Below, one piece after another: positions 31,037 to 41,503 of a stretch of 64,000 bases of DNA. Both the position numbers and the translations under genes were made by a program. This DNA is from a bacterium (GTDB lineage Bacteria; SAR324; NAC60-12), in the NCBI GenBank assembly GCA_965209155.1, contig OZ242383.1, positions 1,664,001 to 1,728,000 on the forward strand. Reading direction: 5' to 3'. Numbering within the stretch: the stretch's first letter is position 1; each line of letters starts with the position of its first letter. Under the pieces are notes generated by a model, which was given only the letters and a program-made list of their open reading frames with translations, had not been told where the DNA came from and did no database searches.

Positions 31037-32392
31037 ATGTCTGCGAAATCGAAAGAAAATTCATCTGCGCCACCTGCTCAAAAAAGAGAAATCTTTGGTT
31101 GGGCAATGTATGATTTTGCCAACTCGAGTTACACGACGGTTGTCATCACAGTCATATATTCCGTCTTTTTTGTGGAACATATAGTCCCCGCGTCTTCACA
31201 GGCTCGTGATACGTTCTGGTCGCTTGCCATCATACTGTCCACAATTATCGCTCTCTTTTTATCTCCTTTCGTGGGGGTTTTGTGCGATTTCAGCGGATAC
31301 AAGAAACGCTATCTGCTGACGACGACAATCCTTTGTTCTCTGGCAACCATGTCTCTTTTCTGGGTAGGACCCGGCATGATTGCTTTGGGAATCATCCTGT
31401 TGGTGATCAGCAATATTGCCTTCATGCTCAGTGAAAACTTTTGCGCCAGTTTTCTACCGGACCTGGCCGACAAAAAAAATATGGGAATGATTTCAGGGAT
31501 TGGCTGGGGGATCGGATATATGGGTGGATTAGCCAGTCTGATTCTGGTGTTGCAAATCGTTCAGGATGTCGACCCCGCTAATGACTTTGCGGGATATGTT
31601 GCCAGAAATCAATGGTCGATGGTAGCCATTGGGATCTTTTTTTTCATTGCAGCCCTACCCACGTTTTTACTGGTGCGTGAACGATCCAGACCCGCTGTGG
31701 GGTTCGAAATTTTCGATGGAAAAAAATTACTCCTTGCCGGAATAAAGAGCTTTCAGTCTTCTCTGAACCTGGTACGTCAGAATCCGATCCTCTTTCGATT
31801 TTTACTCTCGTTCATGGTCTACATGGCCGGTATTGAAGTGGTTATAAAATTTGTGGGTATTTATGCCACTGCGGAATTGAAGTTCAAAACGGCTGAATTA
31901 ACCGTGATGTTTCTGATTTTACAGTTCAGCGCTATGGGAGGGGCATTGGGATTTGGTTGGCTGGAATCAAGAATCGGTGCCAAAAAAACGGTACTTTGGA
32001 CCTTGGTTTTATGGGTTGCAGGTGTTTTGGGAATCTTTTTTCTGGATTCGATTGCCACTGTATTCAGCCATTCGCCTAAAAATGTTTTTTTTGCTATCGC
32101 TCTCATGGCAGGTGCCGGAATCGGAGCCACGCAAAGTTCCAGTCGAGCTGTCGTGGGGATGCTGACACCGACCAATCAATCTGCTCAAATGTTCGGTTTT
32201 TGGGGTTTTTTTTCAAAACTCGCGATCATTTTAGGAATGAGCTACGGTTTTGTTTCCGACGTGCTGGATTCAAGACGAATGGCATTGTTGCTGATCCTTG
32301 GTTTTTTCATCGTCGGTGGTCTCATGCTCATGCGGATTCCCCTGGCGAAAGGAATCGAGGAGGCCGCCGCGCCTGACAAGCAACAAATTTGA
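31037..32392 (+). CDS. MFS transporter, UMF1/ATG22-like
   Basis: WAMYDFANS, GWGIGYMGG, QSSSR; multi-TM. Confidence 0.88.
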   Translation: MSAKSKENSSAPPAQKREIFGWAMYDFANSSYTTVVITVIYSVFFVEHIVPASSQARDTFWSLAIILSTIIALFLSPFVGVLCDFSGYKKRYLLTTTILCSLATMSLFWVGPGMIALGIILLVISNIAFMLSENFCASFLPDLADKKNMGMISGIGWGIGYMGGLASLILVLQIVQDVDPANDFAGYVARNQWSMVAIGIFFFIAALPTFLLVRERSRPAVGFEIFDGKKLLLAGIKSFQSSLNLVRQNPILFRFLLSFMVYMAGIEVVIKFVGIYATAELKFKTAELTVMFLILQFSAMGGALGFGWLESRIGAKKTVLWTLVLWVAGVLGIFFLDSIATVFSHSPKNVFFAIALMAGAGIGATQSSSRAVVGMLTPTNQSAQMFGFWGFFSKLAIILGMSYGFVSDVLDSRRMALLLILGFFIVGGLMLMRIPLAKGIEEAAAPDKQQI

Positions 32393-32400
32393 GGGAAAAA

Positions 32401-32459
32401 TTCCCCTCCCCGCGACAACTCACCCAATTCACAAAAAGAGTTGTCGTGGGGAGGGAGAA
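32401..32459. repeat. Long intergenic hairpin
   Basis: CCCTCCCCGCGACAACTC / GAGTTGTCGTGGGGAGGG. Confidence 0.6.
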
Positions 32460-32494
32460 TCGATCAAATGAATCAATCCCACCTGTGAAAAGTC

Positions 32495-33559
32495 ATGAAA
32501 GATCTGCCTGAAATCACAGAAGTGCGCAGCGCGCATCGTTTCGACGAATCCAACCTGCAGACTTACCTGAAGCAGCATTTACCCGGGTTTTCAGGTACGT
32601 TGAATGTACGCCAGTTTGAAGGTGGACAATCAAATCCGACATATTGTTTGACCTCTGATGGTAAGCGGTATGTAATGCGCAAAAAACCTCCAGGTGAGAT
32701 TTTAAGGTCTGCCCATCAAGTGGATCGTGAGTACCGGGTGATGTCAGCGCTGGCAGACACGGGAGTTGTTGTCCCGGAAATGTACCTCTATTGCGATGAC
32801 CCGACAGTGATTGGTAGTGAATTTTTTATTATGGAAATGATCGATGGACGTGTGATAACCGATGTGTTTCTGCCGAATTTTATACCTGCGGAACGACAGG
32901 CGCTTTATGATCACTTCATAGAGCTACTGGTAATCCTGCATCAAGTGGATTACGTCGCGGTTGGTCTCAACGAAGGATTTGGACGAACCGGCAATTATTT
33001 TGCACGCCAGATTTCGCGCTGGTCCAAGCAATACACTGCATCCAAAACCGAGGAATTGGATAGTATGGAGCAATTGATGCGATGGCTTCCGGAAAACATT
33101 CCTCCCGGAGATGAAACCGTCATCGTCCATGGTGATTACCGCATCGGGAATTGCATCATCCATCCATCTCAACCTCGCATCGTGGCAGTGCTGGATTGGG
33201 AATTATCTACTTTGGGACATCCCATGGGGGATCTCGCTTATGCATGCATGAGTTACTACAGTGGGACCACGGCAGGCGATCTCAATCCGGAAAAGCTCAG
33301 TGGATCGGGAATCCCAAGTGAAAAAGAATTCGTCGCGCGTTATTGTGAATTCAGCGGACGTGATTCGATTGAAAATTGGACTTTTTATGTGGTCTATAAT
33401 TTATTTCGCTCAGCTGCCATTGTCCAAGGTGTCTATAAACGCGGTTTGGATGGAAACGCCAGTTCCGAGTATGCCACTACCATGGGAAAAATTTGTAAAA
33501 AACAAGCGGAACGTGGATGGGCGCTCGTCGAACAAAATGACCGACCGCATCACGAGTGA
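32495..33559 (+). CDS. Aminoglycoside-phosphotransferase-like protein (ACAD10/11 N-terminal type)
   Basis: GGQSNPTY, SAHQVDREY, VHGDYR, VLDWELSTLGHP. Confidence 0.9.
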   Translation: MKDLPEITEVRSAHRFDESNLQTYLKQHLPGFSGTLNVRQFEGGQSNPTYCLTSDGKRYVMRKKPPGEILRSAHQVDREYRVMSALADTGVVVPEMYLYCDDPTVIGSEFFIMEMIDGRVITDVFLPNFIPAERQALYDHFIELLVILHQVDYVAVGLNEGFGRTGNYFARQISRWSKQYTASKTEELDSMEQLMRWLPENIPPGDETVIVHGDYRIGNCIIHPSQPRIVAVLDWELSTLGHPMGDLAYACMSYYSGTTAGDLNPEKLSGSGIPSEKEFVARYCEFSGRDSIENWTFYVVYNLFRSAAIVQGVYKRGLDGNASSEYATTMGKICKKQAERGWALVEQNDRPHHE

Positions 33560-33618
33560 AGATCAACGGATTCGGGCACTTGAATCTGAACGCGCACAAT
33601 CGCGAGATATACCGACAA

Positions 33619-34698
33619 TCACCGCACAGCGAGCCCTCCGGGGAGACCGGTATTTTTCTCCGATTGAGGGAATACGACCTCTTCGTCGTCATCGACGTTG
33701 ACGTAACGTACCCCTCCCGCATGATTGACAATGGAGTGGTCCATCTCAACACGATATTTTTTTCCATGGTGCGTGACGATCTGATCCATAATTTGACCAT
33801 ACGTTTTTCCGGAGGCTCGTTCCCTCCAGGGAATAGGACCACGAGGGTCTTCCCAATTCCAGAGATCATCGATTTTGAGAAGTTGACGGAACCGCTCGCC
33901 ATTGCGGGCCAGACTTTCTTGCGAAATCCGGCCGGGGAAATGCTCTTGTGGGCGGCAGTAGAAGGCACCGTAATAAGCAGTGACGCACATTCGTAATCCT
34001 GGATTGATCCGGGGGAAGGCCCCGTGCCAGAGAGTGCCATGGAAAACAATGACCGAACCGGCCGGTGCCTCTACGGCGAAGGCTTGATCCACTCCCTCAC
34101 CCGGCTTGGGGTGACGGCGGAGTTTGTGGGATCCAGGGACGACTGCCAGCGCCCCGTTGTCTTTGGTGTAATCGCTAAGACACCAGTTCGTGTTAAAGAC
34201 CATCGGGGGATCGGGGAGCGGTTCAAAGGGATAAAGGTGGGTATCAGCATGGAAGCCCAGAGTGCTTCCATAGCCCATTGGGTCTTGTTTTTTAACAATC
34301 CCATTGAATGCCGAAAGCAGGCAGCCGGGCCCCAGGTAGTAATCGATCAAGGGCAGAGTCAGGGGATGCTGGATGATTTCTTCAAAAACCGGATCCTTTT
34401 CCAGAAACCCAAATAACCAATTTTGGGCTTGGTTGGAGCCCATGTTATCGGTGACGCCAAGTTCCCCGCTCTCCTCATTGGGCCGCACTCCTGTGAATTC
34501 CTCCGCCACGCGTAGGAGAGCATCTTTGGTTCGCTCAAAAAGGCGAGGATCGTCCATTTGCTCGGGGGTAAGCACGGTGAATCCCTGCTCTTCAATCTGC
34601 TTCAAATTTTTACTGAGCCCTCGCTCTTCAATCTGTTGGGAGGCCAATTTCTTCCAATTTTCCCAAGAGCGCCATTCCGACCAATTTTTCGTTTTCAT
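33619..34698 (-). CDS. Phytanoyl-CoA dioxygenase (PhyH) family Fe/2OG oxygenase
   Basis: HAD facial-triad motif, NGAL.VVPGSH, G.LWHG...N...R. Confidence 0.85.
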   Translation of the reverse strand: MKTKNWSEWRSWENWKKLASQQIEERGLSKNLKQIEEQGFTVLTPEQMDDPRLFERTKDALLRVAEEFTGVRPNEESGELGVTDNMGSNQAQNWLFGFLEKDPVFEEIIQHPLTLPLIDYYLGPGCLLSAFNGIVKKQDPMGYGSTLGFHADTHLYPFEPLPDPPMVFNTNWCLSDYTKDNGALAVVPGSHKLRRHPKPGEGVDQAFAVEAPAGSVIVFHGTLWHGAFPRINPGLRMCVTAYYGAFYCRPQEHFPGRISQESLARNGERFRQLLKIDDLWNWEDPRGPIPWRERASGKTYGQIMDQIVTHHGKKYRVEMDHSIVNHAGGVRYVNVDDDEEVVFPQSEKNTGLPGGLAVR

Positions 34699-35116
34699 GG
34701 TTTCATTTCCTTTCTGTTATTCTCCACTGTATTTTTCCACTCAAATTCGCAATCGTGCTCACCATGGTGAAGTGAACGTGCTCGATTTCACCCATATTCC
34801 TGGGAGAATGGGAATCTATAAGAGGTCGAATACAACTCTTATAATCCCTTCTTACAATTGAATTATCTCTCGTTCACCTGCACGGACAACTCTCACGAGT
34901 ACAAGCGCGAAGACCCACCATAATTTTTATAGCTTCCAGTTTAATTATCAAGAATTTTTCTATAAGTTTGAATTTTTCTATGACAAATTTTATCAGCTAA
35001 GGTTCCCATTGGCGCGTTCATCTAATTAAAAAATCAAGATATCTATCATAATCCCTTCTGCAATGAGAGGAAAAAAAACCAGATTAAAGACAAAATCCAC
35101 ATATCTTAAGAAATTT

Positions 35117-35246
35117 TGTCATTCCTGGCTTGAGCAGGAATCCTGTGGTATGCAGACAGCCGGGAATTTGGATCCCCATTCCCCTCTCCCTGCTCCCCGC
35201 TTTCGCGGGGACAAGTTTAGCGGGGACAAGTTTAGCGAGGATGACA
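35117..35246. repeat. REP-like palindrome related to the family B core
   Basis: TGTCATTCCTGGCTTGAGCAGGAATCC...GGATGACA, CCCCGCTTTCGCGGGG hairpin, tandem GCGGGGACAAGTTTA x2. Confidence 0.6.
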
Positions 35247-35361
35247 TTTACATCAGGATACTCCTTTATAGAAGATTTATGTCGAACTCAGGTAAATTAA
35301 CAAAGCAAAGTGATGATAGTTGGAGGGCAGAGATTAATTTCATGCAAATGCAGGAGCAACC

Positions 35362-35859
35362 ATGCCAAAGAAGATGAGAATCGGATTGGGCTTTGACGTT
35401 CACGAATTGACGGAGGGTTTTCCATTGATCATAGGTGGAGTGTCCATTCCTTTCGACAAAGGCTTGAAAGGGCATTCGGACGCGGACGTGCTGGTACATG
35501 CCATTATGGATGCCTTACTAGGAGCTTTGGCTTTAGGGGATCTGGGAAGCTATTTTCCTGACAGTGACCCTCGCTATCAAGGATCCGACAGTCTCGTTCT
35601 TCTCACCCAAGTCTTCAAAATGATACATGCGCATAAGTACCAATTGGTAAACCTGGATGCCATCATCATTGCTCAACGTCCAAAAATGAAAGCTTACCTG
35701 CATCAAATGGCGGAAAATCTGGCAAATTGCCTGTATTGTTCAAAAGACCACATTTCTATCAAAGCCACCACGACAGATTATTTAGGGTTTGTTGGAAGGG
35801 AAGAAGGTATTGCGGCACAGGCGGTTGTCCTCTTAGAAGAAGTGGCTACAACAGAATAG
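35362..35859 (+). CDS. ispF: 2-C-methyl-D-erythritol 2,4-cyclodiphosphate synthase
   Basis: RIGLGFDVH, GHSDADV, KATT..LGFVGREEGIAA. Confidence 0.96.
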   Translation: MPKKMRIGLGFDVHELTEGFPLIIGGVSIPFDKGLKGHSDADVLVHAIMDALLGALALGDLGSYFPDSDPRYQGSDSLVLLTQVFKMIHAHKYQLVNLDAIIIAQRPKMKAYLHQMAENLANCLYCSKDHISIKATTTDYLGFVGREEGIAAQAVVLLEEVATTE

Positions 35860-35954
35860 AAATAAATCGTTTCCTTGACTTTGCAACACCATTTTATTAG
35901 AATTGTAAGGAGTTGGAACTCATTCATTTCAATTAAATTAAACAAAGACTGCCT

Positions 35955-36155
35955 ATGTTTGGTTTAGGAATCTGGGAATTGCTGATTATTTTAACGATTG
36001 TCGTTTTACTTTTTGGGGCAAAACGGCTCCCCATGATTGGAGAAGGCGTGGGAAAGATGATCAACAATTTTAAAAAGGAAAAACAAAACGATCCCATATT
36101 GGAACACCAGGATGCGAGTAAAGAGGAAACTGCCTCTGTGGGAGAGAAGCAATGA
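35955..36155 (+). CDS. tatA: Twin-arginine translocase TatA/E
   Basis: MFGLGIWEL...LLFGAKRLP..G..VG. Confidence 0.9.
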   Translation: MFGLGIWELLIILTIVVLLFGAKRLPMIGEGVGKMINNFKKEKQNDPILEHQDASKEETASVGEKQ

Positions 36156-36200
36156 CTGGCCGTACCGGGTAAATGTCATAAATAATTTTAGAGACTGCTA

Positions 36201-36387
36201 CGTGAATCAGGAGTTAAAAAACGTGTCATTCCTGGCTTGACCAGGAATCCAGGGGGATTCGGGCGATATTTTGAATACCGGATCATCCTGGTCCCGGATC
36301 GAGTCCGGGATGATCCGGGACCGGCATGTCACATCATAAATATTAAATTATTGATTTTATAAATTAAATTTTAACTCCTGTTTCACA
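36201..36387. repeat. MITE-like family B, inverted copy
   Basis: CGTGAATCAGGAGTT...AACTCCTGTTTCACA; TA on both sides; expanded inner palindrome. Confidence 0.8.
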
Positions 36388-36643
36388 TAGACTGCCAAAA
36401 AATAGCAGTCTCCAATTGAAGTGATTCGACAGGTTCAAGAACCCGCTGCCGGGATTGATTTGACAAATGCCTTCCGTAAAAACAGCTGCGCAATTGGTCA
36501 AATCAATCTATGAAGAAAAAGGCTGATTATCCCTCAGCCATCCTTTCTGGAAATAATGCATCACACGTTCGGGGCACACAGGGATTGGGAGTAAAAAGCT
36601 CCGAAGTGACCCTGACGATTGTGGTACATGACGATGATTTCCA

Positions 36644-38515
36644 ATGCTCTTGCAGTTGAAAACCGCCCTGCAATCGATTGATTCGTTTGATGAACAATCA
36701 GTAGAATGGTTGTGGCCGATTTTAAATTCCCAGCCCCTTTCTCCGGACGAGATTGAGCAAAGTATATCTCTCCTGAAAAAGTTACGGCAACTGAAACTGG
36801 AGGCCAATTATATACTGACAACCTTGCTCTTTTTCTTTTTTCCCCATTCAAAAGACTTGTATGAGCAATTTCAGCTGCCTCCTTTAGTTTTAAAGAATTA
36901 CCAGACCCTTCAGACTATTTTTACTTTCACTCCGAGTCTCCGCAATGATCATCAGGCAGAGCTTTTCATGAAAATGATCATTGCAACAGGCCAGGATTTG
37001 CAGTTGCTTTCCTCTATTTTGGCAATGCAGTTTCAGACTTTGGAAAGCATTGAAAAACGACCTGGGGAAGAACAGCGTAAACACGCAAAAAAAATATTCT
37101 CGATTTATGCGCCATTGGCAGAACGCCTTGGAATATTTTGGATCAAATCCGAAATGGAAGACATCGCATTGCGCTATGTGGAACGAGAAGTTTATTACGA
37201 ATTGAAACAGAAGGTGGCAAAAAAGAGAGAAGAGCGATCTCAAATGATCGAAAAGATCATGGAGGAAATCCGAGAGCTTCTTAAACGCTTTAACATTCGT
37301 CATCAAGTCGAAGGACGCTACAAGCGATTCTATTCGATTTACAAAAAGTTAAAGAGAGTCGATGCTGATTTTGAGCGGATTCAAGACCTGGCCGGCTTTC
37401 GAATACTGGTATACAGTGTGCGAGATTGTTATAAAGCTCTGGGTTACATTCATGACCATTGGAGCCCAAAATCAGGCCGTTTTAAAGATTACATTTCCAA
37501 CCCCAAACCCAATGGCTATCAGTCACTGCACACCACCGTGGTCGATAAAAAAGGTGAAAGCATCGAAATTCAAATTCGTACCCATAAAATGCATGAAATT
37601 GCTGAATTCGGAGTGGCAGCTCATTGGCTTTACAACAGCGAATCCAATAACGGTAAGTTTGATACGGAATTGTATGACAACCTGCGACGAAAATCCGGAT
37701 CTTTAGATGAATCGAAGATCTCGGTTTTTCCTCGGATTGATTTGCTTCAAAATAAGATTTACGTGTTCACTCCGCAACACGATGTGATTGAATTGCCAAA
37801 AGGAGCCACTTCAGTGGATTTCGCTTTTGCAATCCACAGTGAAGTGGGAAGCCGAATTACCAGTACCAAAGCCAATGAGCGTATCTTAAAGCTTCACGAT
37901 TCACTCCACAACGGCGACCTGGTTGAAGTCACCACTTCCCCTAAACAAACACCTCGACAGGAATGGCTTAAATTTGTCAAAACCTCCAAGGCAAAGAATA
38001 AAATCCGTCACGCGATTCGAGAACACGAGCGGGAGATCAATAAAAAAGTGGGATGGGAACTGCTGGACAAGGAATTCAAACGCTATCAATTGAACCTCAA
38101 TCGCGCGATGAAAGATGGGAGCTTGGAAAAAATGGCGCATCAGCATAAAAATCAAGCTGTGGACCATGTTGTCTGTACGATCGGGGAAGGAATCATTAAA
38201 GCCGTGGAGGTGGTCAAGTGGTTTTCAACAACTGCGGAGTTGAGAGCGGCCGACAACAAGGTTCAACACATATCCAGGAACAATAACGCTTCGATAGAAA
38301 GGGTGAGGAAACATGTCGTTGTGGAAGGTATGGACAATATGCTGGTTCGTTTTGCCAAATGTTGTTCTCCCGAGAAAGGGAATGTTATTCAAGGCTACTT
38401 GACTCAAGGATACGGCATTACGGTGCATCGTGCTGATTGCGCCACCCTGCTGAGATTGGACGAAAACCGCTGTATTTCAGTCCACTGGAGAGAAGTAATG
38501 GCAGAATCGGCTTAA
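36644..38515 (+). CDS. Long RSH (p)ppGpp synthetase, hydrolase domain degenerate, ACT domain absent
   Basis: YAPLAERLG, RFKDYI..PKPNGYQSLH, EIQIRT, TGS (VDFAFAIH), FAKCCSP/VHRADC; ends right after this region. Confidence 0.85.
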   Translation: MLLQLKTALQSIDSFDEQSVEWLWPILNSQPLSPDEIEQSISLLKKLRQLKLEANYILTTLLFFFFPHSKDLYEQFQLPPLVLKNYQTLQTIFTFTPSLRNDHQAELFMKMIIATGQDLQLLSSILAMQFQTLESIEKRPGEEQRKHAKKIFSIYAPLAERLGIFWIKSEMEDIALRYVEREVYYELKQKVAKKREERSQMIEKIMEEIRELLKRFNIRHQVEGRYKRFYSIYKKLKRVDADFERIQDLAGFRILVYSVRDCYKALGYIHDHWSPKSGRFKDYISNPKPNGYQSLHTTVVDKKGESIEIQIRTHKMHEIAEFGVAAHWLYNSESNNGKFDTELYDNLRRKSGSLDESKISVFPRIDLLQNKIYVFTPQHDVIELPKGATSVDFAFAIHSEVGSRITSTKANERILKLHDSLHNGDLVEVTTSPKQTPRQEWLKFVKTSKAKNKIRHAIREHEREINKKVGWELLDKEFKRYQLNLNRAMKDGSLEKMAHQHKNQAVDHVVCTIGEGIIKAVEVVKWFSTTAELRAADNKVQHISRNNNASIERVRKHVVVEGMDNMLVRFAKCCSPEKGNVIQGYLTQGYGITVHRADCATLLRLDENRCISVHWREVMAESA

Positions 38516-38569
38516 TCGTCGCACCACGCTCTCGTATTTTGGACGGATAAAAAAGTCCGGGTAGCAAGA

Positions 38570-40120
38570 TTAGTCCTTGAGCAACATAGAGGCCAATTCC
38601 GACAATTCCAGCTTGACCCCATACTGTCGAAGCAGGCCACCGATTACGATCAAGACTTTCGCCATCAAGATGAAATTATCAGGAATCCTTATTTGGGCTT
38701 TTCGCATCACTTCCAAGTAGAATTGCAATTTTGTCAATTCGTTGTATTCTTCTGACTTTTTCTGGGAAAGCAAATTCTTCAGAGTCTCGGGACGTGAGGA
38801 AACGAATCCCGCTTCGCGGAACTTGGTGTCGATATTATCGAAATTTTCCAGGAGTAGGGCGGTCAATACTTGGCGATAGGCCTGGGTCTCCTCTTTGGTC
38901 AGCTCAGCCACTGCGCCAAAATCCAACAAGGCGATTTTTCCCTGCGGGGTGACAAAAAAATTACCTGGATGTGGATCCGCATGGAAGAGACCGCTCTTGA
39001 AAATTTGCTTGAGAAAACTATGTACCAATTCTTTCAGCACCTCTTTCGCAGCTGAAGGCACTTCCTCCAAAAATCGACGAATCGGCATTCCGTCAATAAA
39101 GTACATTGCCAATGTGCGGGTAGTTAGTAGCTCCTTCAGTAAAATTGGATATTCCCACTGCTGTTGTTCATAGCGACTGAAAAACCGAGTGAGGTTGCTG
39201 GCTTCATGGTAATAGTCGAGCTCCTGGAGAATGTTTTTCGAAAGTTCTCTGACCAATTGTTCCAGGTCCAGGTTTTCAAATTGGTCGTTCAGAATAGAAG
39301 CGATGGTATTAAAAAATTGCAAATCCGCTTTGATGATTTCCGAGATGCCTGGAATTTGTATTTTGATGGCAACTGTTGGGCCATATTTCATCTGAGCTTT
39401 GTGGACCTGACCGATCGAAGCCGTGGCTAGTGGCACGTGATCGATGTATTGGAATCGTTCTTGCCATTGCGCTCCCCAGACCTCCTCCAATACCGATTTC
39501 ATTTGCTCCCATGGTATCGGATCCGCTTGATCTTGAAGCTGTGCGAGAGTGTTGCTGTAGACTTGTGGCAAATCAACCGCATGACAACTGATGAATTGCG
39601 CCGCTTTCACCCAGGCTCCTCCCTGTTTTCTGCAAAAGGCGCTCAATTCCTCTGCATTTTGTCGATGCATTTCCGCCTCTTTCGCAGCCCTTTCTGCTTC
39701 TGGCAACCTGGAGGCCTGAAATTTTAAAAGCTGGTGGCGGCCCATTATATGGAGTATCGTCTGGATAGCCTCAAAATACCGACCACTGTTGCCGTAAATA
39801 CTCGAGATTTTTTGCCAGTGACGCCAAAGGTTTTCCTTCATTTCCCGCAATTCTTGCAACATTTCAGCAGCACTGGCAGCGGCTTTTTCTGTTGACGTAG
39901 AGTTTATTGGCAGGGATTTGAAGGAATCAACCCATTCTGAAAATTGATTCTCAAACTGGTTCCACAAGGAAGGAAGCGGTGATTTTTCGGGATTTTTATT
40001 TTCGGGTCGCAACGCGGAGTCCAAATCCTGTGTCCACCGGTCTGCTTTAGCGAGGAAATCTGAAAGCAGTTCTTTTGATTTTTTTACAATTTTATCAGAA
40101 TCCATGATGGATTCTCTCAC
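38570..40120 (-). CDS. ABC1/UbiB-family atypical kinase
   Basis: ATASIGQVH, VAIKIQ, ELDY, FHADPHPGN, LLDFG. Confidence 0.92.
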   Translation of the reverse strand: MRESIMDSDKIVKKSKELLSDFLAKADRWTQDLDSALRPENKNPEKSPLPSLWNQFENQFSEWVDSFKSLPINSTSTEKAAASAAEMLQELREMKENLWRHWQKISSIYGNSGRYFEAIQTILHIMGRHQLLKFQASRLPEAERAAKEAEMHRQNAEELSAFCRKQGGAWVKAAQFISCHAVDLPQVYSNTLAQLQDQADPIPWEQMKSVLEEVWGAQWQERFQYIDHVPLATASIGQVHKAQMKYGPTVAIKIQIPGISEIIKADLQFFNTIASILNDQFENLDLEQLVRELSKNILQELDYYHEASNLTRFFSRYEQQQWEYPILLKELLTTRTLAMYFIDGMPIRRFLEEVPSAAKEVLKELVHSFLKQIFKSGLFHADPHPGNFFVTPQGKIALLDFGAVAELTKEETQAYRQVLTALLLENFDNIDTKFREAGFVSSRPETLKNLLSQKKSEEYNELTKLQFYLEVMRKAQIRIPDNFILMAKVLIVIGGLLRQYGVKLELSELASMLLKD

Positions 40121-40151
40121 AATTTGGCAAAGAAAGCATTTTTTTCAGCAA

Positions 40152-40586
40152 TTTCCCACCTCGAGGCTCTTCAAGAAGCCTGTCAACTCTTTGAAAAAGA
40201 ACGAGCGCCATGGAAGCAAGAGCGCTTAGCACTCTGATTTACCTCCCTGGCAAAGCGTTTACGATCATGATCGCCATTGGAAAAAACACTGGATTGTGGA
40301 GTGAACCTTCGCTTTTTGGCTCATGATCATAAAGAAGCGGATCTCCCTGATTGATAGATTTTTCATTTTTTTTACGAATCCTGCATTTTTTTTCATTTGG
40401 GGGTTGACATTATGCAAAAAATATATACTGCCAAAATCATACCTTCACTAAGTTGTTTTAGTGAAAAAGAGGGGTTCCGAACGATGGAACAATATCGTGG
40501 GAAGACTTGAAAACGATCGCTCCTCTCCGGGAATCTTTTTTAATGATATTTAACTGAACGGGTTTTTCAGAGACCTGAATAGTTAC
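40152..40586. mobile_element. Family A element lacking its left end
   Basis: Closely matches 5405-5837; ends GAGACCTGAATAGTTAC, overlapping the higA 3' end. Confidence 0.85.
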
Positions 40587-40881
40587 CGTATGGTTTAATT
40601 TTCTTGATATCTCCAGATTCTTTTTGCTTAGCCCGATATAAATCCCATCGAAACTGCAGATTCATCCAAAACTCTTCAGACATTGCAAAAAACCTTGATA
40701 AACGCAATGCGGTGCTGGGAGTAATCCCCCGTCTTTTATTGACTAGTTCATTGACTCTTTGATATGGAACATGAATCGCTTGGGCTAATTCACGTTGAGT
40801 AATTCCCATGGGGATTAAGAATTCTTCCAGTAACATTTCTCCTGGATGAGTTGGCTCTCTATGAGTGGGAACTCGAATCAT
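40567..40881 (-). CDS. higA: HigA-family antitoxin
   Basis: PTHPGEML.EEFL, HTH, ITPSTALRL, FWMNLQ. Confidence 0.93.
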   Translation of the reverse strand: MIRVPTHREPTHPGEMLLEEFLIPMGITQRELAQAIHVPYQRVNELVNKRRGITPSTALRLSRFFAMSEEFWMNLQFRWDLYRAKQKESGDIKKIKPYGNYSGL

Positions 40882-40896
40882 TATTGCCTCCAGTGT

Positions 40897-41190
40897 TTAG
40901 TGATAATCTGTAATTTCTACGTGTTCGGGGCCTTCATCTCCCCAAACAAAACACACTCGATATTGATCATTGATACGAATACTATGTTGACCTTTTCGAT
41001 TATGCTTTAATGCTTCTAATTGATTTCGTGGCGGAATACTCAATTCTCTTAAATAGTTGACAGAATCGATTTGATCTAATTTTCTGGATGCAACTCGCCA
41101 TAGGGTTCGAGGGCATGCCTTACGAGCATCTTTGGTATTTTTACCATTAAATATGTCTTCTGTTCCTTTGTCTCTAAATGATCGTATCAT
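40897..41190 (-). CDS. higB: HigB-family (RelE-like) toxin
   Basis: MIRSF, PP.N.LEAL, GQHSIRINDQYRVCF.W, DYH. Confidence 0.93.
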   Translation of the reverse strand: MIRSFRDKGTEDIFNGKNTKDARKACPRTLWRVASRKLDQIDSVNYLRELSIPPRNQLEALKHNRKGQHSIRINDQYRVCFVWGDEGPEHVEITDYH

Positions 41191-41282
41191 GAAATCACAA
41201 TAGCAGGGTATTCATGCTATTTCAGTATATTTTTTGGAAATCCGGGGACAGTTACTAATTTTTATCTTTTTTAGGCCTCCCT

Positions 41283-41501
41283 TGATGGAAGAAGCATAAT
41301 TTTCTTGCGCTAAATCATCTGAAAGGTTATACCACTCTAGAATTTAAAATCCAAAATATCCATTAAATCATCTTTGCGAATTACTTCGTAGGAGGGATGA
41401 AGTTTCTGTGATGGAAAAAGTATCATTTTTCTTGCGTTGAATAATCTGAAAGGTTATACCACTCTAAAATTTAAAATCCAAAATATCTATTAAATCATCT
41501 T
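41283..41501 (+). repeat. Two ~92-bp direct repeats upstream of the large regulator
   Basis: 41283-41374 and 41409-41501 share ATCTGAAAGGTTATACCACTCTA-AATTTAAAATCCAAAATATC-ATTAAATCATCTT. Confidence 0.9.
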
Positions 41502-41503
41502 AG

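Noticed and set aside
41283..41501. Possible CRISPR array
   Set aside because: Only two ~92-bp units, too long for CRISPR repeats, and no cas genes in the window
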